Assembly: GCF_006345805.1 (NCBI RefSeq) | Contig: NC_043008.1 | Span: 51,584,001 to 51,648,000 of the forward strand | Direction of reading: 5' to 3' | Origin: Octopus sinensis | Lineage: Eukaryota | Length of the DNA stretch: 64,000 nt | Shown here: one piece after another, positions 53,005 to 64,000 of the stretch | Position numbering within the stretch: position 1 is the first letter of the stretch | How the letters are laid out: the number at the start of each line of letters is the position of its first letter | Notes under the pieces: generated by a model | The model's database searches: none | Told to the model about the DNA's origin: nothing | What the model saw: the letters and a program-made list of their open reading frames with translations, nothing else | Program-made: the position numbers and the translations under genes

Positions 53005-54535
53005 ATACAAATATTTGGGAACCAATGAAGGTGATGCTATCCAGCACACTAAAATGAAAGAAAAGATCCACAAGCAATGCTACTGAAGGGTAAGAATGGT
53101 CCTAAACTCAGAATTAAATGCTGCTAACAGAATTAATGCTATCAATTCCTTGGCCACACCAGTAACCTCATACAGTTTCAGCATCATTAAGTGAAGTCTC
53201 ACTGACATGCAGAATATGGATGGAAAGATCTGTAAAATCCTTACAAGGTACTGAATGCACCATCCAAAATCAGATGTAAACAGGATTTATCTCTCAAGAA
53301 AAATAGGTGGAAGGGACCTGATACAGTTCAAACTATCCTTTAAATCAGCAATGATAGGCATTGAAACATACCTTAATACAACAAGAGATGTGCTCTTATG
53401 AACTGCACTGAAGCATGAAGATTCCAAGCAAGCTTCAGTCATGAATCTTAGTAAGAAATTTTAAAAAGTCTCTTGGCCTACAGGTTAACAATAAGAATGA
53501 CCAAAGAAACCCAAATACTGACAGACCTACCATTGCTTCTCCTGATTTAGAAATTAATAATTAAAAAGACCAATGAGATCCAAATACTGACAAACCTATC
53601 ACTGATGCAAAAACCATCAAACAAAAAACAAAGAAGGATTGCATCAATAATATCGAAGACAACTGGAAAGGCAAACTCCTGCATGGAAAATACCCTAACC
53701 GCTTGTCTAAGCCAGATACTGATAAAAACCTAACACCAACGGCTACAAGGGACAGGTCTGAAAGGGAAACAGAAGGTTTTGTTATTGCAGCCCAAGATAA
53801 GGGCTTACCTATCAGAAATTATCATGCAAACATCCTTAAAGATGGATCTGTATCTCATGCAGAATTTTCAGAAAGTTCGCAGAGACAATTGTTTCTGGTT
53901 GCCCAGTCATTGCTAAAAAGGAGTATCTCATAAGACATGACGGACTATGGCAGTACGTCCACTGGAATGCTTGTAAATACTACAAAATTAAATCCCATGA
54001 TAAGTGGTACAGGCACCATTCTGAGGATGTAGTAAATGGCATGGGCATCACTATCTTTTGGAACTTCTCAATACAAACAGACAGAGAAATTGACTCCAAT
54101 TGACCAGACATTGTGATGAAGGACTACAACAGAGGAACTTGTCTGTTAATAGATATGTCTGTCCCACAAGATCAAAATATCTCAAGAAAGGAATATGAAA
54201 AGCTTTCTCACTATAAAGATCTGCAAATTGAAATCACAAAAATGTGGAAGCTGAGTACAATGATAATACCAGTAGTAATTGGTGCATTGGGAATGATAAA
54301 GAAGGGAGCTGAGAAGTATATTAAGCAACTTCCTGGCAACTCCAATTTCCAAAAGATAACTTTGATGGGTACAGCACTCTCCATTTAAAATGGAATAAAC
54401 GTGGTGATAATTTCAGCATGCATAGCAAAACAAAAGTGCCTTTGCTACTCTTGGCCTCTAGAGTATGCCTGGTACTAAGGTAGCTGAAATAAAGTTATAA
54501 TGGAAAGAAACCATAAATACTACTACTACTACTAC

Positions 54536-54569
<34 letters not shown>

Positions 54570-54580
54570 TATTATTATAA
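53005..54580 (+). mobile_element. 5'-truncated R4/Dong-type LINE ending in (TAC)n/(TAA)n
   Basis: YKYLG.NEG at the 5' junction, ETEGFVIAAQD, LLIDMSVPQD..EKLSHYKDL, IPVVIGALG. Confidence 0.85.
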
Positions 54581-54681
54581 TGGGAAACTTCATTAAAAAA
54601 TTGCTTTTATTCTTTTTAAGTTAAAAATAATGAGGAATTATACAATATACTATTTTAAAATTATTCATTAAGTTGTATATT

Positions 54682-54920
54682 AAATTGAAGGCGGAGAGCT
54701 GGCAGAATCGTTAGCACGCCGGGCGAAATGCTTAGTGGTATTTCGTCTGCTGCAAACGTTCTGAGTTCAAATTCCGCCGAGGTCGACTTTGCCTTTCATC
54801 CTTTCGAGGTCGATTAAATAAGTACCAGTTACGCACTGGAGTCGATATAACCTACTTAATCCGTTTGACTGTCCTTGTTTGTCCTCTCTGTGTTTAGCCC
54901 CTTGTGGGTAGTAAAGATAG
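54682..54920 (+). mobile_element. Young tRNA-derived SINE with 7-bp TSD (GTATATT)
   Basis: A-box tggcagaatcgttag, B-box gagttcaaattcc, core gactttgcctttcatcctttcgaggtcgat..taagtaccag (recalled as resembling the MetaSINE-type domain; unverified). TSD at 54675-54681 and 54921-54927; empty site at 52773-52779. Confidence 0.88.
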
Positions 54921-55095
54921 GTATATTTTTCAAACTTTCTTGGAGTTAATTATTACTAACTGAAAAGTAAGATAGTTTCTGAAATTAAAAAAAAGCACCC
55001 AACTGCTAAATATTGAAATTTTATCTTCATATGTTTGATTAGTTGTAAATAAGGTTGCTTAGTTTCAGGATTATCAACAGGCTGAGGAGTTCTTT

Positions 55096-55390
55096 TCATG
55101 AAGGTTCTGCATATACCTCACTATCATGGATTCTAGCTGACCTTCCTGTTCTTGAATCACTGTTTTTATATGGACCTTCAGAAATTAACTCTAAATAGGA
55201 TTGTTCTGGTATGGTGCAATATGTATCTTCATTAACGTCTAGAGAGTTAGGCTGTGAAGATGGTAATCTTCGACTGGGTTCACTGATATGAACTGGAGTA
55301 CTATTTTGCATAGGAATACAGTTATCTTCATCCACATCTTGAAGTGGTGATGCATTACTTCTGCTTCTTCTATTTCTGAGCATCATACAT
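55096..55390 (-). CDS. Gene B terminal exon: cytoplasmic tail RCMMLRNRRSR...IHDSEVYAEPS* (paralog of gene A)
   Basis: Same acceptor tgtctattgcag| in phase 2. Shares LQDV-E, MQN-TPV-IS, LPSSQ and YC blocks with the gene A tail. Post-stop aaagaactcctca..tgttgataatcct is conserved. Confidence 0.88.
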
Positions 55391-55413
55391 CTGCAATAGA
55401 CAAAAGATATATA

Positions 55414-55632
55414 TATAATGTAATATTTGTCAATCAGTTGGTTGCCATAATAAAACTCCAAGTTTCGGATGTCAGTGCAGAACCCCGCTTAGGCATCTCA
55501 TCAGTTATTAAGACAAACAAAAATGCTGTTTGTCTTAATAACTGACGAGATGCCTGAGTAGAGTTCTGCCCCAACATCTGAAACTCGGAGTTTTATTATG
55601 GCAACCGACTAATTGTCACATATTACATTATA
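55414..55632. mobile_element. Palindromic MITE-like element (~105-bp arms, 7-nt loop)
   Basis: 55414-55519 versus 55527-55632 reverse complement. Confidence 0.85.
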
Positions 55633-55738
55633 GATAAATTCTTCTATTTACACAATATCCGATCTCATTCATTCTTTTGTTGTGTCATATTATATATTAA
55701 TATATATATGATGGTGTGTGTTTGTGTGTATGCATTAG

Positions 55739-55789
<51 letters not shown>

Positions 55790-55829
55790 ATATATATGTA
55801 CGTATGTATATGTATGTGTGTGTGTGTAA

Positions 55830-55879
<50 letters not shown>

Positions 55880-55910
55880 ATATAATTAATAATATCAGGG
55901 TGAGAAAATA

Positions 55911-56031
55911 TTTTAGAAATTTTCACTACCAGTGGCTTAGTGTATTTAAATGTACACTCTATATGAATAATATATAGTCTATTGACTAATTTTTCTACAT
56001 GATAGACCACTGGTAGTAAAAATTTCTAAAA
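55911..56031. mobile_element. Small MITE with 25-bp TIRs
   Basis: ttttagaaattttcactaccagtgg / ccactggtagtaaaaatttctaaaa. Confidence 0.7.
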
Positions 56032-56103
56032 TTTTTCTATAATGAATAGCACCACAGTATGTCCTTGTTCTGTTGTTTACCTTTTACTGACCAGAACAAA
56101 GTA

Positions 56104-57781
56104 TTGAGTCATACCATAAATTATGTGGTTTTTTTAAAATTGCATGAACTAAAAGTCAGAGGGGGCAGGATAAACTACCTGCATCAACATGCTATAAAAG
56201 CAGGGAGTAATTTTACCGTATACTTATTCTTAGTACAAGTTTTGAAGAGTGCAGTTCGATTTTAGCAGTTATTTCTTCAAAGCTAAAATGGAAGTGACAA
56301 AGGAGCATATTTGGCATATTTTGTTTTATGAGTTACGTAAAGGCAACAATGCAGTGAAAATGTGAAGAATATTAATGCAACATATGGTGATTGGACAATA
56401 TGCATAAGCCAATGTCAGCAGTAGTTCCAGAAATTCTGAGCTTGGAACAACAACCTAGAAGATGAGCCACATCATCATCGTTTAGCGTCCGCTTTCCATG
56501 CTAGCATGGGTTGAACGGTTCAACTGGGGTCTGAGAAGCCAGAAGGCTGCGCCAGGCCCAGTCTGATCTGGCAATGTTTCTACGGCTGGATGCCTTTCCT
56601 AACGCCAACCACTCTGTGAGGGTAGTGGGTGCTTTTTACATGCCACCGGCACAGGTGCCAGACGAGTCTGGCAATCGGCCACGATCGGATGGTGCTTTTT
56701 ACGTGCCACCGGCACGAGGGCCAGGCGAGTCTGGCAAATGGCCACGATTGGATGGTGCTTTTTACGTGCCACTGGCACGGGGGCCGGGTGAGGCTGGCAA
56801 CGGCCACAAACGGATGGTGCTTTTTACGTGCCACCAGCACGAGGCCAGTCAAGGCGGTGCTGGCAATGGCCACGTTCAGATGGTTCTCTTACGTTTCACC
56901 GTCACTAGTATCACAGCTGCAATTTCCATTGATGTTGATCGATTTCGATTTTCCACATCTTGGAAAATCTGTAGAGCTTCACGAGAACATCCTACAAACC
57001 CTGGTGGAACAAAATCCCATTGTAACTGTTGAGAAACTAGCAGAGAAGCTTGGATTTGGTCATTCAGCTATTCATCAACTGCTGCATGCCATTGAAAAAG
57101 TCAGCAAATTGGGTCAAGGAGTTCCTCATAAACATTCCAAGTCTAATCACATGCAGAGAGTGAATGTGTACTCTTCTTTACTGTCACATATCACAAATGG
57201 ACCTTTTTTTTGATCGAATAGTGACTGGTGATGAGAAATGAGTACTCTATAAAAATGTCAAAAGCTGAAGAATGTGGGTAGGGAAAGGAGAAACAGTGGG
57301 ACCCCAGGCTAAGGAAAATCTTCACACACGTAAGGTGTTGTTATCTGTTTGGTGGGATATGAAAGATTTAGTCTACTTTGAACTTTTAAACCCAAACCAA
57401 ATGATAACAAAGGAGATCTACTGTGATCAGCTAAGAATGACATTCCAAAGGCTGAAGCAGTGTGAATAGGAAATGATGCCCCACCCTTCATATTTGCCAG
57501 ACATTGCCCTATCTGATTAACAGTTATTCTGCAGTTTTTAAAATCATTTGGATGGAAAAAATATGAATTTTGTAGACAAGGTCAAAACAGTACCGGAGGA
57601 GTACTTTTCATCACGGACAAGTGAATTTTGGAAGAGGGGCCTTGCAAGTGTACTAGATAGATGGAAGAGAATTGTAGAATATGAATGAGACTATATTTTA
57701 AGTAAAAAAGAACTTTGTTTATCTCAATTTTGAAAGATAAAAGAAGTGTATAAGAATTGTGTTATCTATGGGATGACCCAA
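56104..57781 (+). mobile_element. Full-length decayed mariner transposon, interrupted by an RTE-type insert (56474-56952, TSD CCACATC)
   Basis: TIRs ttgagtcataccata / tatgggatgacccaa with TA flanks. HTH region, DRIVTGDEK, KVLLSVWWD and PHPSY.PD.A.SD-like motifs, with stops and frameshifts. Confidence 0.9.
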
Positions 57782-58299
57782 TAATTTTTTTCCAGTTCAG
57801 ACTTTCCATATCTAAAGAGAGAATTTTCTGTGAACAATATAAATATGAGGTTCTGGTGATCTGATAAGCTAGCTCTGTTTAGATGCATTAATTTGTGAAT
57901 ATATGATTGTATTGTGTAATATGGAGTGTACATATTAATACTACATGAAGAAGGTAGCAAAACATCCAGAATTCTTTGGTCATCAGGCAGTTAAATTAAT
58001 TGATATTCACCTCTCACACCATCTGACTTTTGTGGTTCATATTCTCCTCACAGAATAATTTATCACTCGGATTTTCAGGCTTTCCAGTTACACAGAAACT
58101 TTATGTCATAAGTTTTGTAATTGATCTCGACATGAACTGATAGCCAAGACTGTAGGAAGAGCTTACTGTGATATCTACAAGCTTCTCTGAATCCATATTT
58201 TATACTACTCTTTTTGATTTTTAAATATATATATTCAGGTGCTGAATAAAATCACTTCTTTCCATGTTCCTGCCCACGTCCGTTTCCTAGTTTTCTGAT

Positions 58300-59270
58300 T
58301 TGGCACTATCAATGTAGGCACACTGAGAGGTAGGTCTAGCAAGATTGTTGAGATGCTTGAACAGAGGCGTGTTGATGAATGTTGCATCAAAGAGATAAGG
58401 TGAAGAGGAGCTTCAGCCAGGTTCCTCACAGGCAAGATATATAGGTATAAAATCTTTTGGGAAGGTAACAGTGACGGAGTAGGTGGCGTGTCATACTTCT
58501 TGCAGAGAAATGGATGGATAAGGTTATAGAGGTAATCAGAGTGGGTGATAGAGTGCTTAAGCTTAGGCTAGTCTTACAGTATAGTATAATGACAATTATC
58601 TCTGCCTATGCCCATCAAGCGGGCCTACCAAATGAACAGAAAAACACTTTTATGACATTCTTCTACAGGCTACCTTAGATACAAATTACAATGATCTCCT
58701 CTTTATGGCCGGGAATTTCCGCAGGCATGCTCGACAACAGCCTGGTATCTTCTATGGTGTGCATGGGGGCTATGGATTTGGCTCCCAAAGCAAAGAGGGA
58801 ACAAGGCTACTGGAGTTCTGTGATGCAAATAACCTTTTGATTTGCAACACAAACATCAGGAAGCCAGCCTGCCTCCTAATAACCTATCAATCAGGTGTCT
58901 GTGCTAACCAGATCGATTAGATTATCACCAAACAGTGGGATGCATGGTTGCTCCTAAATACAAAGACCCTTCCTGGAGAAGAATGTACTCCCCAGCATAG
59001 ACTAGTCATTAGTGACTTTAGACTCCAGGCCAGAAGAAAGCCAAGAAGTAAATCAATCTGGAAAAGAGGAATTTGGAAGTTTAAGGGCCCTTCATATGGT
59101 CAGAAATTTAGGGACGTCTTAATTGAGAAGTTTGATGAAAGGGAGGAGGAGATACAGACTTGAGGGCAACTGGGAATTCCTGAGGGACAGCTTGCTGAAT
59201 GCCACAGACCAAACCCTAACCCTAAGTCCCATCCAGACCTAGGGTAATGTGGTAATCAAATGATGTGATA
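58300..59270 (+). mobile_element. RTE-clade LINE APE endonuclease fragment
   Basis: GTINVGTL.GRS, ISAYA, MAGNF, GYGFG..SKEGTRLLEFCDANNLLICNT and QHRLVISDF. Confidence 0.85.
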
Positions 59271-60229
59271 GACAGGGCCATGCTGATGGCACGTAAAGAA
59301 CATTTTTAAAGATTGGGCCTCACAGGGGTAAAGTGACTGAGTTCATTTTGAGCATTGAGCCTCACGGAGGCAAAGTGGCTGAGTTCCTTTTGAGTGTTGG
59401 GTTTCATGGAGGCAATGATCAAGATCTTTGGCATTATGTTGTACTTGAGAAGAAGAACCATCAAGCCAAGCAAAATTGCAGTTGTGGCAGATACTGGTGT
59501 CTCACAAATTGGCACACATGCCAGTGAAACGTAAAAGCACCCATTACACTCTTGGCGTTGTTGGCATTAGGAAGGGCATCCAACCATAGAAAATCATGCC
59601 AAATCAGACTGGAATTAGTTGCAGCCTTCCAGTATACCAGCCTTGTCAAACCGTCCAACACATCCCAGCATGGACAATGGACATTAAATGATGATGTTCA
59701 TGGTGATGACATATACATATATATTACAATGAAAAATGCAGGTGTATGCATGTTAGAATTCTTTAGTTATTACGCCTGGGAAAATACAGAACAAGATTTC
59801 TACAGTGGAATTTGCCCACTTTGTCACCTCTAAATGTACTTAAAATTAAAATTCTACTGTACTTAAAGTATTACAGCTAAGAACAACATTTTGGAAATTT
59901 ACTATATTTTATTAAAACAAAAATTATAAAAACATTGCTGGATTTTTCCAGTTTTTTGTCTGTGGGCTTATATTCAGAAACTCTTTTCGTGTTTAGCCCC
60001 AGTAATTTTTATTATTTTCAGAAAAAAAAAGTTATTTAAACAAATTTATTTAAGTCTGTATTTTAGCCTATGGACTTAATTTTGGAAAAAGCAGTTTTTT
60101 AAAATGAAATAAAATAAAATGAATTTTAAAAACATACAGCGGAATTCGTTTAATTAGTTATTCCTAGGAGAAAATTGAAAGTGATGAATAAAATTTGGAT
60201 AATGAGCTATTTTATCCCTACTTATAAGC

Positions 60230-61140
60230 TGAATAAAACAATCTAATACATTCATACACTATCTAACCACCCACAAAGTATCATCAATGGATTGATTAGG
60301 AGGATTTCAATTAGGTTATCTAATTTGTTGGCAAACCAAATAGTTTTTAACAATGTGGTGCCTATTTTTAACGCAGCTTTGAGGAATAGCAGTTTTAAAG
60401 AAGATATATACTATTTTAAATGTATCCTATTCATATACAGATTAAGTAAACTTTTTCCAAATCTAGTGGAATCTGGTATTGATATCTTGCATGAATAAAC
60501 AACCCTCCGAACAACATGACTCCTATCATTTTAGGAGATTTCCTAGGTATCCTAACATGTATAGTAGTAGTAGTAGTAGTAGTAGTAGTAGAGGTAGTAA
60601 TAGTAGTAGTAGTAGTAGTAGTAGTAATAATAAAAATAATAATAATAAACAGTGGCAAACTGGAAGTAAAACAGTGAGAATACGGGAAGTTATATGGTTT
60701 AACTCCGCTTTCTCCCTTCAGGTTAAAAATCTCCCAAAAATGTTTTTTAGTATTGTCGATAAGAATTTTCCTGTGGGCCACAAATACTGCTCTATTTTTA
60801 ATAGATCCTGTCTAAAACTCTTATACTCAACTACACCGAATTTATGACTGATATTCGCAGGGAATAATAGATTTAAGCTTGGGAATAATGGGAATATGGG
60901 TAGCCCCAATACGAGTAGTGTTAATAATAACATATATAAAGTATGCACAGGGATGAATAACAGGAATAAAGCCTGCAATTTATGTCCCTTAGGAAAAACG
61001 TGGTATACAAGACTGAGGTTGTAATAGCCAACCAACCTAAGAAAGTATACATAGGGACTACTATAGACTTTAAAACGAGATATAGAAGACACATGAGCTC
61101 ATTCTCAAACCCAGAAACCAAAAATGCAACAGCACTTTAT
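60230..61140 (+). mobile_element. Penelope-like element ORF remnant (RT C-terminal region plus GIY-YIG endonuclease)
   Basis: ISIRLSNL...NAALRNS, VIWFNSAFS..KNFPVGHKYCSIFNR..LKLLYS..PNL, and VVYK...KVYIGTT.DFKTRYRRHMSSF. Confidence 0.85.
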
Positions 61141-62058
61141 AATCTCAGGCATTATAATGTATGTAGGCATAAGTATTTATCTACGTTTAAGTTTTTTAAA
61201 AAGGAGAAAGGATAGAATCTGAACTTATGAACATTGACTTGCCTTAATAAAATAATAAAAAAATTTTTCCGCTCTCGTTCGATATGACTAATTTAAAGTG
61301 TAAGCATAAAATTCTATATACTTTGACATCTCAGTGCTTCACAGGCTTAGCTTAGTATTTGAACTTATTAACCTTATATATATAAGTTGTAAGTCAGCAA
61401 TCATTGTAAATTATAAATATCATGTAAACTTTTAAACTGTTCCCACCAACATTCTATAGATTCAACTTATTTTAAATTATTTTTAATTATTTAACTATCT
61501 TTAATTATAAACAATCCAACAGTTCATTTAAATGGTAAACTTGATTTAAGTCTTCCTTTCTATTATCCAGTATAGCATCCGTCATTTGATTTTTACAAAT
61601 ATAATATATATTTATTTTTATTTTCATTCACACAAATGTCTTATTTCACAACCTTTTTTCACTCCGCAATGCTTTTTTCTATATCCTTGCAAACTTTTAA
61701 AAAACTATAATATTTTTAAAAAGGACAATAACATTATCTGATATGATTTCAAGTACTGTAAGTAGGAGATATTTTAAACTTTCTCAAATTTAAAAACTAT
61801 TTTAATCAATTTTTGTACATCTGATGAGGGAAATGTGACTATTTGTGTTAGCTGGAAAATTCACCCAATACAAACGTATTCTCCAAAATGATTGTAAGGT
61901 TTTGTACTAATGCTTTTCTTTGGATTGCAATATTGGAGCGCTTGAAATCTGATACCTTGATGAACTTTTTATGCATTTTGTATTCCCATGATAAAGGAAT
62001 TTGACCTACAAATATCTGTTCTCCACTTTGATTTATGTTATATATATGTGTGTGTATA

Positions 62059-62916
62059 CAGGGAGCGATGGGTAAATTGTCACCATTTCCTGTTTTTATT
62101 TCATGCATGTGCATTGTTTGTTTTTGATTTTGTCAACTACACAATACAGTAGGGTCAGTTGGGTACTGTCTGTGAGAAAAATAGCACCATGGCACAATTC
62201 ACTCTACCAGAAATTTGGAAACACACAAGAAGCGATACAAATATTTTACACTGATACAAACATTTCAGAGTGTTTGGGTGTCAATCTGAGGACAGTGCAA
62301 TCTGAATCCATGTACTGAGAGTGATAAAAATCAGACATTTACACAACACAATTGTGTTTGGAGTAACCACTTGTGATGACAACATTATGCCTCTATTCAT
62401 CTTCCCACATGACCTCACACTCAACATGAAGGGCTACATCAAGTGTCTGAAGGAGGTAATGCTGCCCTGGGTCAAGAGGGTGGTGTGGGAAGATCCTATG
62501 TCTGGCAACAGGACTCTGCACCATGCCACACGTGCAGGAGAACCCAGTCATGGCTGTTAGATAATTTCTGCAACCACATCACCCCTAACATCTGGCTATC
62601 TAACTCCCCAGACTGCAACCCTCTTTATTATGTGTTGAACAAGAAACTCTGTGTCACACCAAATATGAAGAAAAGGCTAGGACTATGGCAGCATTCACCA
62701 ACTTAAACAAGGAGACCATCCAGAAGATATGCAGGAGATTCTGAAGTCCTCTGGAGGCCAAGGTTGAAGCCAATGACGATTTTATTGAATGAATTTACTC
62801 CTTAGTACTTCAAGATATTTTTTATCTAATTTTAGTAAATACATCAGTTACAATGCGATATTAGTGTTATTTTCATTTTTGTGTAATTTAGATGACAGTT
62901 TATTCACCACACACTG
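62059..62916 (+). mobile_element. Internally deleted maT/DD37D-type Tc1/mariner element (related fragment at 46963-47108)
   Basis: TIRs cagggagcgatgggtaaattgtcacc / gatgacagtttattcaccacacactg with TA flanks. QQDSAPCH...SPDCNPL[Y] with 37 residues between the second D and the mutated third D. Confidence 0.85.
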
Positions 62917-62924
62917 TATATATG

Positions 62925-62961
<37 letters not shown>

Positions 62962-63409
62962 ATTTCTATTTATCTATAAGTATACACACACACACTTTAC
63001 TCTTTTACATGTTTCAGTCAGTTGACTGTGGCCAGGCTGGACAACCACCTTTAGTTGAAGAAATCGACCCCAGAGCTTATTCTTTGTAAGCCTTGTACTT
63101 ATTCTATTGGTCTTCTTTGCCGAACCACTACATTTCAGGGACATAAATACATCAACATCGGTTGTCAAATGATGGAGGTGGGATAAACACACACACAAAG
63201 ACACACAAATGTATATATATATATATATATATATATACATAAATACACAACAGGCTTCTTTCAGTTTCTGTCTACCAAATCCACTCACAAGACTTTGGTG
63301 GTCTGGGGCTGTAGTATAAAAGACACTGTCCAAGGTGCCATGCAGTGGACTAAACCCTGAACCATGTGGTTGAGAAGCAAGCTTCTTCAAACACAGCCAT
63401 GCCTGTGCA

Positions 63410-63479
<70 letters not shown>

Positions 63480-63586
63480 CTGCTCGCTTAGCCAATGGGG
63501 TGGCGTCATTCGAAAGCTAAAACAATGCGAACGCATTGTGACCAGCGATGTGTAACAACATCTGATGGTCTGGTCGGTTGCGTGAT

Positions 63587-63638
<52 letters not shown>

Positions 63639-63745
63639 CCACACATATATAAATACATGCAGAAAAACACAAATACACACACACATACATGGAAACAAAA
63701 GAAGATAATAAAATGAAAGTAAAGATTAATAATATATGATTTTAC

Positions 63746-63788
63746 CTGATACTGAAAATGATGATTATCAAAAATAAGATGCCAATAA
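63746..63788 (-). CDS. Gene B transmembrane exon (phase 1->2), xIGILFLIIIIFSIR
   Basis: Acceptor ttttcttctgcag|, donor cag|gtaaaatcatata as in gene A. Upstream intron 63790-63920 resembles 13940-14070. Confidence 0.85.
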
Positions 63789-64000
63789 CTGCAGAAGAAA
63801 ACAATAAGATATTCAGTTGAACAATATTTTATGTATACTTAAGTGGAAGTTAATATACTTAATGTGAAAATGAAAAATGAATTTATCATATTTCTACATT
63901 ACCAATGTAATTAAAAGAAAATGTATTAGTTTTAGTGATAATTGCTGTCAAAATCAAGAGAGGCAATTCCACAAAGTTTATAAAAAATTTAATGGAGGCA

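Noticed and set aside
58011-58145. Minus-strand segment with good splice sites reading SWLSVHVEINYKTYDIKFLCNWKA*
   Set aside because: It looks superficially like a PLAT C-terminus but has an in-frame stop and lies between the TM and tail exons of gene B, where an ectodomain exon makes no sense. Probably chance.
61815-61880. ctgatgaggg... downstream of the Penelope remnant as a hammerhead
   Set aside because: CUGAUGA is present but no properly placed GAAA or closing stem II can be found; at best a decayed copy.

Overview
This is AT-rich, microsatellite-saturated eukaryotic (metazoan) genomic DNA. The repeat landscape looks cephalopod/octopus-like, but that is an inference and was not searched. 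Most of the window is decayed mobile DNA: RTE, R4/Dong-type, CR1-like and Penelope-like retroelements, a Ty3/Gypsy gag-protease remnant, Helitron, hAT, mariner and maT (DD37D) transposons, tRNA-derived SINEs, palindromic MITEs and a 26-bp minisatellite beside a 100-N gap. Most ORF-track entries are microsatellite or antisense-TE artefacts. The main signal is a cluster of spliced, paralogous single-pass receptor-like genes made of short exons the ORF track largely misses. Gene A (+, 511-19315; six phase-consistent exons, 264 aa, 5' end outside the window) has a repeated two-exon extracellular module with a possible divergent PLAT/LH2-like pattern, a stalk, a TM helix and a Tyr-motif-rich tail. 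Gene B (-, TM exon 63746-63788, tail exon 55096-55390) is a clear paralog. Gene C (-, 35983-25693) supplies a signal peptide plus similar modules and probably continues into the gap. A further copy of the gene 3' end lies at ~52.7-53.0 kb. Several hammerhead-ribozyme-like motifs of the Penelope-associated type are also present. All calls were made by eye; no database search or folding was run.
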